This document shows, in pieces, positions 25,222 to 37,800 of a stretch of DNA of 64,000 nt. Made by a program: the position numbers and the translations under genes. A model generated the notes under the pieces. It was not told the DNA's origin. It searched no databases and was given only the letters and a program-made list of their open reading frames with translations. Origin of the DNA: an uncultured virus (IMG/VR IMGVR_UViG_3300009130_000019) (lineage: Duplodnaviria > Heunggongvirae > Uroviricota > Caudoviricetes); IMG/VR virus record IMGVR_UViG_3300009130_000019; one strand, written 5' to 3'. Within the stretch, counting starts at the first letter, position 1. Each line of letters opens with the position of its first letter.

Positions 25222-28200
25222 ATGTTACCAACAGACAACGGAAAAAATATGCCTTGCACACCAGTTTCATCTAACTGTGTTATATGGCAAGGTCCAGATA
25301 TAGAGTGTATCAATTTATGTAATGGTGATACAATAAGCGATGTAGTTGCAAAGTTAGCTACAGAGCTTTGTGCGTTAATAGATGCAACTTGTGAATGTAA
25401 TCCAGATTTAACAGGATTAGATTTAAATTGCATTCCCCCTGCAACGGTTCCTGACCCTACAAATTTAGTTGATGTTTTGAATGGTATTATTATTCAAGCT
25501 TGTGTGTCATCAACTGGAACATCAACCACATTAAATACAACATCAAAAAGGGTGGCAGCAGATGGCAATTTGCTTTTACCTAAATGTTTGTATTATCCTG
25601 ATGAATTTGGGAACCCTGTTACTGAGCTTCCTATAAATGAATTTGTAGTTTTTTTAGCTAATGAGATTTGTGGTATACAAAGTAGTGTAGTATTAATAAA
25701 TGCAGCAATAGAAAATTTTGAAACCAGAATAGGAATATTAGAAAACTGTGTTCTACCATGTGTCCCACAAAAAAATGTAGTTACAGAAGTAGTTTCTACA
25801 TGTTTGTTTCCCGGTGAATTAAAAGATGTTTCTATACTTCTTTTGGCAATAGAGAAAGACTATTGTAGTTTAAAAACAAATGTAGGAACATCTCAAGATA
25901 TATTGAATGCAATAGCTGCACAATGTATTTTTGGAACCACAGAAAGATTATCAGCACCTGGAACATATGCTGCTGATGCAAATTGGATTAACAGCCCATC
26001 AAATTTATCTCAGTCTTTGAAAGATCAATGGGTAGTAATATGTGATTTATATGCTTCTATAAAAGACATTCAAGAAAATTGTTGTGACACAGGATGCTCA
26101 GGATTAAATTTTGGATTCTTATATAATGTTGTTACAGATTCTAGCAATGTACCAGTTACACTAAATCTTAACTTTACTTCTTCTTCATTGCCTGGAAGTT
26201 ATTCAGATTGCGGTGGGTCAACAAATGTAAAAATAACAGATTCTTTAGGAAGTGAAATAAACCAGGGTGTAAATGTAGCCTCTTTACAAAATAGTTCTAT
26301 AGGAGCAAATATTAGTTTAGCTGCTTTAAATGTAAATAATTCTATTACTGTACAAGTAGATTTTTGTGCAACAGATGGAGTTAATACTTGTCAAGAAAAA
26401 CAAACTATAATTATACCTTTAGAAACTTTATGTCCTAATGATATAGTAGCAAGTGGAATAACAGAAGACCAAGCAACAGTAACATTTACAAATATTCTAG
26501 GAACTTCAGTACAATACAAGATAGATATAGTTGATGATATAACAAGTGCAATAGCAGCAACAACAACAGTTGGTATGCCTGGGTTTAATATATCAGAAAC
26601 TTTAACGGGCTTAGCAAGCGGAACAAATTACAGTGTTGCGGTTACTGTAATAAGTAATGGAATACCTAAAATATGTACATCAGTGCCTTTTGTGACAACA
26701 GGTGTTAACTGTAATAATTTTAGTACAAATACAACTGGAGCTTCAGGATCTAATGATATTTATTTAGGATATACAGATAGTGGTGGAATTCAGACACCTT
26801 ATCATTATAATCCAGATGATAAGGTAATAGTTGTAGGAGCACCCGCCATCCCCACATGTTATGCTCCTATTGTAAATTCTCAATCTATTAATGAGGCTAC
26901 TGGAGATGTAACATTAGATCTTTCTTATGGGTTAGCTCCAGGAACATCTATTTTAATAGAGTCAAGTATAGATGGTATAAATTGGCTTTTGCCTGATTCT
27001 GGTGCAGATGGTGTGAGGATTTATGCATCAGGTATAACATCAGGGATATTATACTTAAGAGTACAGACAGACTGTACAACAAGTACAAGTGAATATGTTG
27101 TCATTAGATATGATTTCATAACAAACCAATGGCAGTTTATTCAAAGTCCAAGTGATTGCAAGTATGATTCTATACTAAATGCCTGTCCGGCAGGTGTTCA
27201 AGTTGCTCAACAATATCTTGAATGTGGCACAGTAACATATACAGTATTTTCTGGAGGTATAGATTCTTATTGGTTTTATATAAAGCAATATACTAGAGAT
27301 GGTGTTACATTTTACGTTTATGCTGGATGGAATCAACTAACAGGTGTAACAACAATTGTTGAATGTTGTGCTTGTCCTGCATTTATTTTAACAGAGCAAC
27401 TAACAGTATATTGTTTAGAAAACAATTCTACAACTATAGATCTCCCTTATGTATTAGGAAATGGAATACCTCTGATGAATGTTGTTACATCAACAACTAA
27501 TGGAACATTGGTACAAACTGATGTAGGGGGTAATTCATTTACATATACACATATAGGAGCATCTAATAGTTATGCTGATACTTTTTCTGTAGAGATAGTT
27601 CCTCAAGTTCTTGGGGACTGTGAAAGCTTAACGGCTACAGTTCAGATACAAATTAAACCAAGTAGAGTAAAAATAAATTATCAAGATCAACCTGTATTTG
27701 TTTTTGTAGATACAAATGTATATACAGTAGGAGATGCTACAGATATAAAAACAGGAGTAACAGCATTAGCAACACAATGGAATACAGACTGGGGATATAC
27801 TGGTACTGTTTATTTTATCCCTGTCAATGACAAAAGGTGGCTAGGGTATCAAAAAGCTATTGTAGATGATGGTGTTAGTGCAAGTTTGGCAGGTGGTGGA
27901 TATACTGCATTAGAAGTTCTACCAACTTCATGGACAGGAGGAGCACCCATCTATAAAAACGGTGTTCTTTTATTTATCTTTAGTAATGATTCAGATGGCG
28001 TATATCATGATGCAACATTAGTATCTGGATTTGGTTCTGGATTAACTGTCCAACCAAGAACTGATTATAAAGATGATTTTGATGCTTTATATGATGCGGA
28101 AAATGGAACCAATACATCACCATGGGCTACCGCTCTTGGTATTACCAGAGGTCAATACCCTGATGGCTTTAGTGCTGTATATTATCCATTTACTACTCAG

Positions 28201-29022
28201 TATTCTGGAGCGGCAGATGCAGCATCCATACTTCAGTCTTTAGCGGCATATGTAGGTGAAATGATACCTCCTAATGAATATGGTATTAAAACAGCTGTAG
28301 ATGTTACAGGATATTTATTACAAGGTCTTGTGCCTTCAGCAACAAATCCATATTCAGGAGCTACAACAACAGGAGGCAATACATTGATCCCATTATACAC
28401 ATATGGGTTTATGGTGTATTTAAATAATCTGTTAAAAACAAACACATTAACAGATATTGCAGCTGGTAATAATGCTCCGTTTTTAACACAGCTTACATTA
28501 GCAGCGCAAGACACAAGTGGTACATTTCCTGCAACGCCAACAGGTACAATTTTATATCAGGTAATAAGATGTAATAGTGGAGGCGTTGGATTAATAGAGT
28601 ACACTGGTGTAGCACCTTATCCAGCCGTGAATACAACTTATGTTACTTTAGCAGCAGATAATAGCACAGGCTTTGATCAGCATTTTCATATTATAGGATA
28701 TGGATTAGGAGCAGCAATATTTGACTTTACAAACCCAGCAGTTGTTGCAGGATGTGAAGTCTTATCTACACAATTTAGAGTAGCTGATTGTACTACTGGT
28801 TATGAATATGATGTAGAATTTGGTGCTACAGTAGGAGTGGTTCCAGGAAATGTTTACAAACTAACTAATACTGGCCCAGACTTTTTACCTGGAGCACCAG
28901 ATGATTGGTTGACTGGTCAAGATAGATGTATAACTGTATTAAACCAATTAGTTGTTGGATTAGATATTACTTCAATAACAGTTGTTTCTACTCACTTGAA
29001 CTGTACAACTTGTACACCTTAA
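25222..29022 (+). CDS. Large Cys-rich tail fibre/adhesin-like protein with FN3/Ig-like domains, 1266 aa
   Basis: N-terminal C...SSNCVIWQGPD..C; FN3-like LTGLASGTNYSVAV; Thr/Val/Gly-rich beta composition. Confidence 0.75.
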   Translation: MLPTDNGKNMPCTPVSSNCVIWQGPDIECINLCNGDTISDVVAKLATELCALIDATCECNPDLTGLDLNCIPPATVPDPTNLVDVLNGIIIQACVSSTGTSTTLNTTSKRVAADGNLLLPKCLYYPDEFGNPVTELPINEFVVFLANEICGIQSSVVLINAAIENFETRIGILENCVLPCVPQKNVVTEVVSTCLFPGELKDVSILLLAIEKDYCSLKTNVGTSQDILNAIAAQCIFGTTERLSAPGTYAADANWINSPSNLSQSLKDQWVVICDLYASIKDIQENCCDTGCSGLNFGFLYNVVTDSSNVPVTLNLNFTSSSLPGSYSDCGGSTNVKITDSLGSEINQGVNVASLQNSSIGANISLAALNVNNSITVQVDFCATDGVNTCQEKQTIIIPLETLCPNDIVASGITEDQATVTFTNILGTSVQYKIDIVDDITSAIAATTTVGMPGFNISETLTGLASGTNYSVAVTVISNGIPKICTSVPFVTTGVNCNNFSTNTTGASGSNDIYLGYTDSGGIQTPYHYNPDDKVIVVGAPAIPTCYAPIVNSQSINEATGDVTLDLSYGLAPGTSILIESSIDGINWLLPDSGADGVRIYASGITSGILYLRVQTDCTTSTSEYVVIRYDFITNQWQFIQSPSDCKYDSILNACPAGVQVAQQYLECGTVTYTVFSGGIDSYWFYIKQYTRDGVTFYVYAGWNQLTGVTTIVECCACPAFILTEQLTVYCLENNSTTIDLPYVLGNGIPLMNVVTSTTNGTLVQTDVGGNSFTYTHIGASNSYADTFSVEIVPQVLGDCESLTATVQIQIKPSRVKINYQDQPVFVFVDTNVYTVGDATDIKTGVTALATQWNTDWGYTGTVYFIPVNDKRWLGYQKAIVDDGVSASLAGGGYTALEVLPTSWTGGAPIYKNGVLLFIFSNDSDGVYHDATLVSGFGSGLTVQPRTDYKDDFDALYDAENGTNTSPWATALGITRGQYPDGFSAVYYPFTTQYSGAADAASILQSLAAYVGEMIPPNEYGIKTAVDVTGYLLQGLVPSATNPYSGATTTGGNTLIPLYTYGFMVYLNNLLKTNTLTDIAAGNNAPFLTQLTLAAQDTSGTFPATPTGTILYQVIRCNSGGVGLIEYTGVAPYPAVNTTYVTLAADNSTGFDQHFHIIGYGLGAAIFDFTNPAVVAGCEVLSTQFRVADCTTGYEYDVEFGATVGVVPGNVYKLTNTGPDFLPGAPDDWLTGQDRCITVLNQLVVGLDITSITVVSTHLNCTTCTP

Positions 29023-29033
29023 AATAAATAAAA

Positions 29034-29615
29034 ATGGCTTGTAATTGTAATAAGTGTAATACCAGTAAAAACTGCGGATGTAATGATTCTTCCTTAACAA
29101 CACCATGTACATATTCTGATTGTGGCATAGGTTCTGAAAGATGTGCAGATGTACAATGTGCTGAATGTGTTAGTTATTGTGGGACTACATTTCAAATAAA
29201 TACAATAGATGGATTAAATACCATAAGAATAGAATCTGGTGAAAGGCTAGATTCTATAGTGCAAAAATTTGCATTAATACTAGCTAGAGGTATTGGTGAC
29301 TGTACAGCAGACAATAAGCTTCATGCACCTTATAACTTGTTTGCTACAGACATAACATCCTCTCAAGCTACCATACAGTGGAATAATACTTCTACGGCAA
29401 CTACAATATTAAGGGTTTGGTATCAAGAATATACAGACCCTATGGTTCCAGGTCCTATTCTACAAGCTGTAGAATATAATCCTTATACTAATGAATCAAA
29501 TTACATTCTCTCATCCTTAATCTCGTCAAGTACATACAGAGTTTATATACAGGTGTTAGATGGAGGTCTAGGGGATTGCCAATCAGTTACAATAGAATTT
29601 GAAACTTTGGCTTAA
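29034..29615 (+). CDS. Cys-rich structural protein with C-terminal FN3 domain
   Basis: ACNCNKC...CGC, CAECVSYCG; APYNL.ATDITSSQATIQW...L.SSSTYRVYI FN3 pattern. Confidence 0.75.
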   Translation: MACNCNKCNTSKNCGCNDSSLTTPCTYSDCGIGSERCADVQCAECVSYCGTTFQINTIDGLNTIRIESGERLDSIVQKFALILARGIGDCTADNKLHAPYNLFATDITSSQATIQWNNTSTATTILRVWYQEYTDPMVPGPILQAVEYNPYTNESNYILSSLISSSTYRVYIQVLDGGLGDCQSVTIEFETLA

Positions 29616-29652
29616 GACATGATAGTTTGTTGGTATGCCTATCATTTAGTTT

Positions 29653-29681
29653 AAGGAGTCTTGTTATCAGGACTCCTTTTT
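29653..29681 (+). terminator. Intrinsic terminator
   Basis: AAGGAGTCTTG-TTAT-CAGGACTCCTT then TTT. Confidence 0.8.
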
Positions 29682-29724
29682 ATTTTTAAATCTGAAGGAT
29701 AATTAAAAATTACAAACATATATT

Positions 29725-30291
29725 ATGATAAATAATTTTAAAGAACCAAATCTAAACGGTCCAAGATACAGACCTAAAATGATAACACTTCTTAACAAGA
29801 AGACGTATAATGAATTTAAGGAAATGTATCCCATGTTTGCCAATATAGAAGATTCTGTATTAAAAGAAATTATTAAAATATTTAACAAAAGAATATGGGA
29901 AGGCGTTATAGAGCATAGAGATGGTGTTGAACTTCCTAATTCTTTGGGGTATTTATTTATAGGAACTTGTAAACCAGCAAAGACAGTTAATACAAATTAT
30001 GCTCTGTCAAAAAAGTATGGGAAGGTAATACAGAATCATAACTGGGAAACAGATGGTAATTTAGGAAAGATATTTTATACTAATTATACATCAAAATACA
30101 GATTTAGAAATAGAGATTTATGGAGGTTTCAGGCTCACAGAGACTTTAAAAGAACTGTGGCAAAAACATATCCGGGCCAATGGACTAAATATATTTTCAT
30201 GAATAAAAAGAAAAAGGTATCTCATCTATATAAAAATGTTGACGAGAATTTTGAGGAAGAATTAAAAAATTATAATGAATTTGAATTTTAA
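29725..30291 (+). CDS. IHF/HU-related protein of the crAss tail module
   Basis: IIKIFNKRIWEGVIE...GVELPNSLGYLFI...WRFQAHRDFKR; position just before ring genes. Confidence 0.6.
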   Translation: MINNFKEPNLNGPRYRPKMITLLNKKTYNEFKEMYPMFANIEDSVLKEIIKIFNKRIWEGVIEHRDGVELPNSLGYLFIGTCKPAKTVNTNYALSKKYGKVIQNHNWETDGNLGKIFYTNYTSKYRFRNRDLWRFQAHRDFKRTVAKTYPGQWTKYIFMNKKKKVSHLYKNVDENFEEELKNYNEFEF

Positions 30292-30294
30292 ATT

Positions 30295-30969
30295 ATGGTA
30301 AAGATAAATGAAGTTATTTCACGTATAAGAGGTCAGGTGAAGGCTGAAGTTCAAGATGCTTTTGTTACTGATAGATATATCTACAGCTTAATTACCAAAT
30401 ATGGGAAACTGTTAATGAGAAGGCAGGATTTTGCTAATAAACTTATGAAGTTTAATTCTATTTGGAATTTCTTGCCATATGTTGAATTAATAGAAATAGA
30501 TAAAGTTGAAGCTAAGTGTACTGGAATACAAACTGGATGTACAATAAAAAGAACAAAGGATAAACTTCCTGATATGTTAGATGGATATTGGGGGCCTTTA
30601 ATTAGAACGGTAAGCTCTATAGATAACTCTATAGAATTGCAACCTACACAGCCTGGGACATATACCTCAATAACAAAAACTACATCTTTTAGATATAATA
30701 AGAAAAAATATTACTGGTTTTTAAATAATTATTTATATTTCCCTAATTTAGAATGGGATGCCGTTAGAGTAGAAGCTGTATTTGATGATGATATTTCAAC
30801 TTGGCTCTGTGACTCAGATGCAGATAATTGCATTCCTAGATATGAGCAAGAATTAAATATCCCAGACTTTTTGATGGCAGAAATAGAAAGTCAAATACTA
30901 AATGTAATGTTCAACACATTAAAAATACCAGGGGAAGATTCTGATAACAAAATAAATCCGCATAGATAA
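30295..30969 (+). CDS. Putative tail ring protein, 224 aa
   Basis: RTKDKLP, YYWFLNNYLYFPN, VRVEAVF; synteny before tail tubular and muzzle genes. Confidence 0.65.
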   Translation: MVKINEVISRIRGQVKAEVQDAFVTDRYIYSLITKYGKLLMRRQDFANKLMKFNSIWNFLPYVELIEIDKVEAKCTGIQTGCTIKRTKDKLPDMLDGYWGPLIRTVSSIDNSIELQPTQPGTYTSITKTTSFRYNKKKYYWFLNNYLYFPNLEWDAVRVEAVFDDDISTWLCDSDADNCIPRYEQELNIPDFLMAEIESQILNVMFNTLKIPGEDSDNKINPHR

Positions 30970-31862
30970 TGAGCATATCACATAAATACAGAACCTTTGA
31001 TCAGCTATATGAAGACGTTTCTATAGATTTTGCCTCATATACACTTGAAGGGCTAGTTGATCCAGCGCAATTAATTAAGGTAGCAACCAGAGTTAATTAT
31101 GATTTGGGATTAAGAATCCATAGAACTAAAGAAGTTTTGTTAGATATAGAACATGGAAAGGCAAAGCTGCCTTATGATTTTGCATATTTAAATTATGCAT
31201 TTAGATGTGGAGAATATACTATAGTAGACAGGCCTCCTTCCGGAACACATATAGAAACATTTAATGATGTGCCTTATGTTCCAGCTCCTGGTGAATCAGG
31301 CCCATGTGATGATCCTGAATGTAGGGATGTGTGTGTCATAGAAACATGTGATGGCAATAATCAATATCAATTGGTACAAAGAATAAGACCTGGCCATTAT
31401 AGAACATTCACTGCTTTTATGCCTTTAAGAATTAAAACGGTAAATAAATATGTATGTGACTGCCCAAATATAAATGAGCAGTGTTCAGATATAGCAGAAA
31501 TAAAAGATGGGTTTATATTGACATCTTTTGAACAAGGTAAGGTATATATTAGTTATCAAGGAGCACTTGAAGATAAAGAGGGTAATTTATTGGTTCTTGA
31601 CCATCCCTATTGTAATGAATATTATGAATATGCGTTAAAACAGCGTATATTAGAGAATATGTTATTTGCAGGAGAGAATGTTGGCAATAAACTAAACTTA
31701 ATAGAAGGTAGATTAAGAGGTGCTAGAAATAATGCATTGTCATTTGTTAACACTCCAGACTTTAGAGAGATGTATGAAATTTGGAGAGTTAATAGAAAAG
31801 CTCAATATCATAATTACTATAACATGTTTAAAAGTTATCCAACTCAGGGATATAATAAATAA
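30969..31862 (+). CDS. Putative tail tubular / ring protein, 297 aa
   Basis: AKLPYDF, TSFEQGKVYISYQG..EDKEGN.LV.D, immediately upstream of the muzzle gene. Confidence 0.65.
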   Translation: MSISHKYRTFDQLYEDVSIDFASYTLEGLVDPAQLIKVATRVNYDLGLRIHRTKEVLLDIEHGKAKLPYDFAYLNYAFRCGEYTIVDRPPSGTHIETFNDVPYVPAPGESGPCDDPECRDVCVIETCDGNNQYQLVQRIRPGHYRTFTAFMPLRIKTVNKYVCDCPNINEQCSDIAEIKDGFILTSFEQGKVYISYQGALEDKEGNLLVLDHPYCNEYYEYALKQRILENMLFAGENVGNKLNLIEGRLRGARNNALSFVNTPDFREMYEIWRVNRKAQYHNYYNMFKSYPTQGYNK

Positions 31863-31864
31863 TC

Positions 31865-34800
31865 ATGGCAAAAAAGAAAAAGAATACTGGGAATTTAACA
31901 AGTAGCACAGAAACTAATACATTTATAAAAGGGATGAATAAAGATGTAAACTCATCTTTTCAACCAAAACAATCTTGGTTTCATGCTATTAATGCCTATA
32001 ATAATTCAGCGGATGGAGATGCAGGAGTTATAGGTAATGAGCCAGCTAATTTACAATGTGCAGAAATACCATACCCTATTATAGGAGCTATTTATAAAGA
32101 GGGGGATCAATGGTATATATTTTCTACAGATGATGTAAGTTCAGAAATAGGATTATTAGATGATAGTAAATGTGAGTATACAACAATAGTTAATGATCCA
32201 TGTCTTAACTTTAACAGAAAATATTTAATAAGTGGTGCAGCAAAGGAGAACTATGATTGCACATGGCAAGTGTATTGGGATGACAATTCAAATCCTTCAA
32301 GGACATTAAATGTAGATAACATTCCTTGGATACAAGTAGAGGTACAACCCCCTGGATCAGATTGTATAGAATATGCAAATATAGATGCCCTTGATTGTGA
32401 AAAGATAAGACTAGCTCCTTTAATGAAAACTCCATGTCTTGAATTAACAAGAGACATAGATGGAGGCCTTATAAGAAATGGTAGTTATCAAGCTTATGTT
32501 GCTTATGTAGTAAATGAACAAAGAGTAACAGATTATATAGGGGTGTCAAATATACAAAGTTTGTTTACTCATGAAGATGTAGGAAGCTCTTTAAATATAA
32601 AGCTTACAAATCTTGATCAAACTTTTGAGTTTTATGAATTAGTTATTTTATCTAATGCAAAAGAGCAAGTAGTAGCAAGAAAAATAGGTATATATAGTAC
32701 AGAGCAAAATAGTGTTTCATTAGATTTTATTGACGCAGCTTTAATAAGCGTTCCATTAGAACAGCTATTTGGAAGAAGCCCTGCTTATGAGAAGTCAGAA
32801 TCTATGTATGTTGTAAATGACTACTTAATAAGACAAGGGCCAACAGAGCAGTTTGATTTTAACTATCAACCTTTTGCAAATCAAATAGAAACAAAATGGC
32901 AAGTTGTTGAATATCCTGCTGATTATTATTTTAAGGGTGGTAATAAGACAAGCTTTATGAGAGATGAGCAATATGCTTTCTTTATAAGGTGGATATATAA
33001 TACTGGTGAAAGGTCTGCTTCATATCATATTCCTGGAAGAGTAGCTAAAGTAGGTGGTTTTTCTGGGAATGGGCAAACAAGCGGCTCTCCTTTTAGTTCT
33101 GGTAATGAAAAAGATATTAATCAGTCTTTTAATAGTCTAAATACATCTGAAGAAAATTGGCAGGTATATAACACAGCAGAAATAACAAGTATTTTCAACC
33201 CGCCTTTACCTTTAGATGACGGAGGAGAAATTATAGCAGAAGGTATAATGGGGTACTGGGAATCTACAGAAAGATACCCCGCAACAAAACCAGAGATATG
33301 GGATGCTAGTTTTAATGCTCCAAATATATTTGATTCTACAGATCCTGCTCATGATTTGTGCGGTAAAAATATAAGGCATCACAAAATGCCCTCAGAAGAA
33401 GTTCATCCAAGATTGCATTTATCTACATCAGATGGTCAAAAAATAAGAATCTTAGGTGTTAAGTTTTCAAATATTAGAAGACCATTATTTAATGATGGTA
33501 CTGTTATTCCTAATATTGTAGGGTATGAAATAATAAGAGGTTCCAGAGAAGGAGCTAAGTCTATTATGGCTAAGGGGATATTTAAAAACATGAGGAAATA
33601 TAATATCCCTAATGAAGAGAACTTAATAAATACCGGGGTTCAAGGCTTGTATCCTAATTATCCATATAATGACTTAAGGTCTGATGCATTTTTTCATGAT
33701 GGCACAGGAGTTACAGGAAGAAGAACCGAAGGATTGCAATCTTATCAAAATAGTGTTATTCCTGGGAATTTAGATTATGCACCACCACTTGGAGCAATTG
33801 ATGGTTATACAAAAGATGTGTTTACATTTCATACACCAGAACTGCCATTTAGAAAGCCATATCTAAACGCATATGAAACAAGAATATATGGCAAGTACAA
33901 AGGTGAGGCTACAGGATATTTTACAAAATCAGAGGATCATCCTGGGCAGAAGCTTTTAATGAACTATCCTATTGTTTATGCAGCAATATTGGGAATGGGT
34001 TATGCTTTCACACAGTTTAAAGGGAAAAAAAATCAAAAAAATTTACCATTGCAATTTTTGCATTCTCATCCTAGTTTAGGTTTTAATATAACAGGAGAAT
34101 TCGTTTTTGGATCAGGAGAAATAAGCACTAAAAAAGTTAGTTTAGAACAACCTGCTGTAGGAGCAGCTCTGGGAGCTGGAGTGAATTATGGTATTTATTT
34201 GGGTGTAAATGGATTATTTCAAGACACTGTAATTGATACAATATTAAATGATTTCCTATCAGTTAATGATTTAGTTGATGTAGTATCAGGAGGTTTAAAA
34301 ACAGAAAAATCACAAGATGCATTAAACAAAAGAACTTATCAATCAATACAAACTACAGGAGGAACTACAGGAGGTGGTATAGAAATAGAATATGAAGGAA
34401 CTGATTTTAAATCCCTTCCAAGTATTTTAAGAGTTTTAATGTCTATACCGGGCTTTCTTGTGTATACTGCTGAAGGAGCTAATGTGCTTATTGAGTTGTT
34501 TTATAATATAATGTCTTATCAGGATTATGCATTAAAACATAATTCACATGGATTTTATACAACTTTAGATCCTTTAAACGGAGATCAATTTAGAAGTAGA
34601 AATATAGCATCTAATTATTTGGGGAGTTCATTTAATATATTTGGAGATGCAAGTAATCAATTATATAAAATTAACAACCTTTTCAGACCTGATACTATAG
34701 CAATTAATACAAACAATGAATTTCAAGATCCTCAGCCAGATGATGATAGGTCAAGATATAGTTTAGGGCAATTAGAATTTGAAGACGGGGAAATTGCTAT

Positions 34801-37800
34801 ACATAAATCATATCAAGGAAGAAAGTTTAAAAAGCCTATATGTGCATTATATGGAGCATTGAAATTTAAAATAGATAATCAATACGGTCAAATAGAAGGG
34901 GTGAAACAAACTCCTATGAGAGGCTGTATTCAATATGTAGATTTAAACCAACCTCCTACTTATACATTTGAAACAGATGCTTTTTTTACAGGAGATGTTT
35001 ATATAAATAGATATACAGAGAAAACCATTATGCCTATATTTACAGATTTTTTGTATGGGCAACCAGATGGTTATGTATATGATTATCTGAAGTATACAAA
35101 CATACCATATCCAAGATATTGGATGAATACTGAGAGATATGATTTCACTCAAATATATGATATATTTAATCAGCTAGGGTCAATTTTTTCTGGAAGTGGA
35201 AATGATTGGTTTAAAATTTTACCCTCAGATTTATATAGTGTAGATGTTCCTTATGCTGGAGATCCAGCAACATTTGCTTTTGTAGATCTTATTTCTGGAG
35301 GAATCCCATCATTAGCAACACAGTCATTATTTGGCGTTACTAATGGTGCTATATACACACATATTAATGGAGTTCAGGATTTCTTTGTAGAATCTGAATT
35401 AAACATAGCTCAAAGAGATTGGAAAACGCCACCAGATAAAAGGCATTATGATCCATATCTATATAATAATGTTGCTGATTTGTTTCATGCTAAAATACAG
35501 AAAGAAGATAATTTCTATTTGTATGATTACTCTTTAAGTACTAGTAGGTTTATAACAAACTTAACAAGTTTTGGTGTTATTCAACCAAGAGACTATGATC
35601 CACAGATAGCAGAAACTTGTTTTACATTCTATCCTAAAAGACTAATATATTCATTAAGAGCACAAGAAGAAGCTAAGAAAGATTTCTGGAGAGTGTTCTT
35701 ACCTAACAATTACAAGGACTTCAAGAATAAGGTTAGTGTAATTAAACCTGTAAATCAAACAGGTGCTTTGATGTTTTTCCCTTATGCATCTCCTAAGATG
35801 TTTATGGGTGTTGATCAGTTACAAACAGACTTAGGCACAAAAGTTATTCTGGGTGACGGAGGTCTATTTGCTAGAGAGCCACAAAATATTACCAACTCTG
35901 ATATGGCTAATGAATATGCTTCTTGTGAAAGTGCAAGAAGTGTAATCAATACTCCAATGGGTATATTTTTTATATCGCAAGCTCAAGGTAAAATATTTCA
36001 ATACTCAGGGAAATTAGTGGCTATATCTGACAAAGGAATGAAATGGTGGTTTAATAAATACTTACCATCAGTATTATTAAGACAATTCCCTGAACTAGAA
36101 GGCACAGAATTAGATGACAATCCAGTAGTTGGAATAGGTTGTCAAGCAATATATGATATCAATGATGATATTGTATACTTCACAAAGAAAGACTATAGCG
36201 TTAAAGAAGAATATGTAGGACAAATAATATTTGATCCATTTTTATGTCAGTTTGAATTTCAATATTCTGGAACAAGATTTCCTGTAAAGTTAGAAGATGA
36301 AACATATTTTGATAATGCTTCATGGACAGTTTCTTATGATCCAAAAATAAGAGGTTGGATATCATTCCATGATTGGCACCCAGAGTTTGTGCTACCAAGT
36401 ATAAATCACTTTTTAACAACTAAAACGTTTGCATCAGACATACCCCTTTGTCCTCCTGGTTATTCTTTAGTAAATGGAGTTTGTCAAAAAACATTAAATG
36501 AAACAACCCCTGGATTTGTAGATATAGATGAAGTTCCAGCAAATATAAACTATGATGTAAATCCTATTGAATGTGATTGTCCGCCTGGATATACATTAGT
36601 TTTCCCTGAGGTTCTTCCAAATAATCAAGTTATATGGACTCAACCTACAGGTGATTGTGAAACAAACATATTAACAAATACTGGAGGGCCAGGTAATGGA
36701 ACACCAGTAATTGAAGAGCAGTCATTAGAATGTCCTATAGATTTAGTATTTGTTGTTCAGGCAGATGATAGCACAAGTGTAGATGATTTACATAATCCAG
36801 ACCAGCAAATAATTTTAACAAATTACATACAACAGTTTTTATTAAATGGAGATATAGCCAATGCTATAAATAACCAAAATATGCAAGTTGGTGTAGTAAT
36901 GCATGCTAAAAATGGTGTTGGTAATTGCTTTGTATTTGGAGGTGGTATAGATTATAGCTTAGGTACAAATGATCGTTTAAATTTTGCATTTCCTTCTGGT
37001 CAGAGATTTATGCAAAGTAATGATCCATCTACAAATACAGATAACGTAGCAATTGCTAATGGTATTTTTAGTTGGTTAAATAATAACTGGATAGGTAATA
37101 GAGGAATACTTACTACATGGGGTACAGATTATGGACAAAGGTTTGGTATAAATGAGGTTATAAATAGAAGGTTTTCACCTGAATCACAACTAGGGAATAG
37201 AGATGCAGATCCTAATTATAGAGCTATAGTATTTCATGTTACTGGTTTGGTTAACATATGGAATATTGGTCCACCCGTTTGCTATACTACAGCTAATATT
37301 GCACAACAAAATTTATCTCCTTTGCAAACTCCTGGTGGTCAAGGGCCATCATGGATGTATTCTTTAGCAGCTTATATACCGTATGAATATGATATAATTA
37401 CCGGAGCATATAATCCAACGCCAGGAACTGTGGTAGGACCTTTAAGTTCTGACAGTTTTACAATTAATGATATAACCCAATCTTTAGATTTTTCTTCTGA
37501 TATAATTAATGTTGTAAATAAGATAAAAGAAATATGTAACAATCCAACAAGTACGGTAGATGTTTGTGATTGTTATGATTATGATTTAACTATACTTGAT
37601 ACTGCACCGTTAGATCAATATGATATTCTTTATCAAGAGTGTGTTACAGGAAGCTATGAAACTCAGGTTGTTCAAAAAGGACAAACTGTAACAATATCAT
37701 GTGTTAGAGAAAACAGTGTAAGCTTTGTTCAAAATATAGGTGCTGGCTTCTTTACTTTGATACAAGGTGTTTTATGTGATACTCAATACAATTGTGATTC

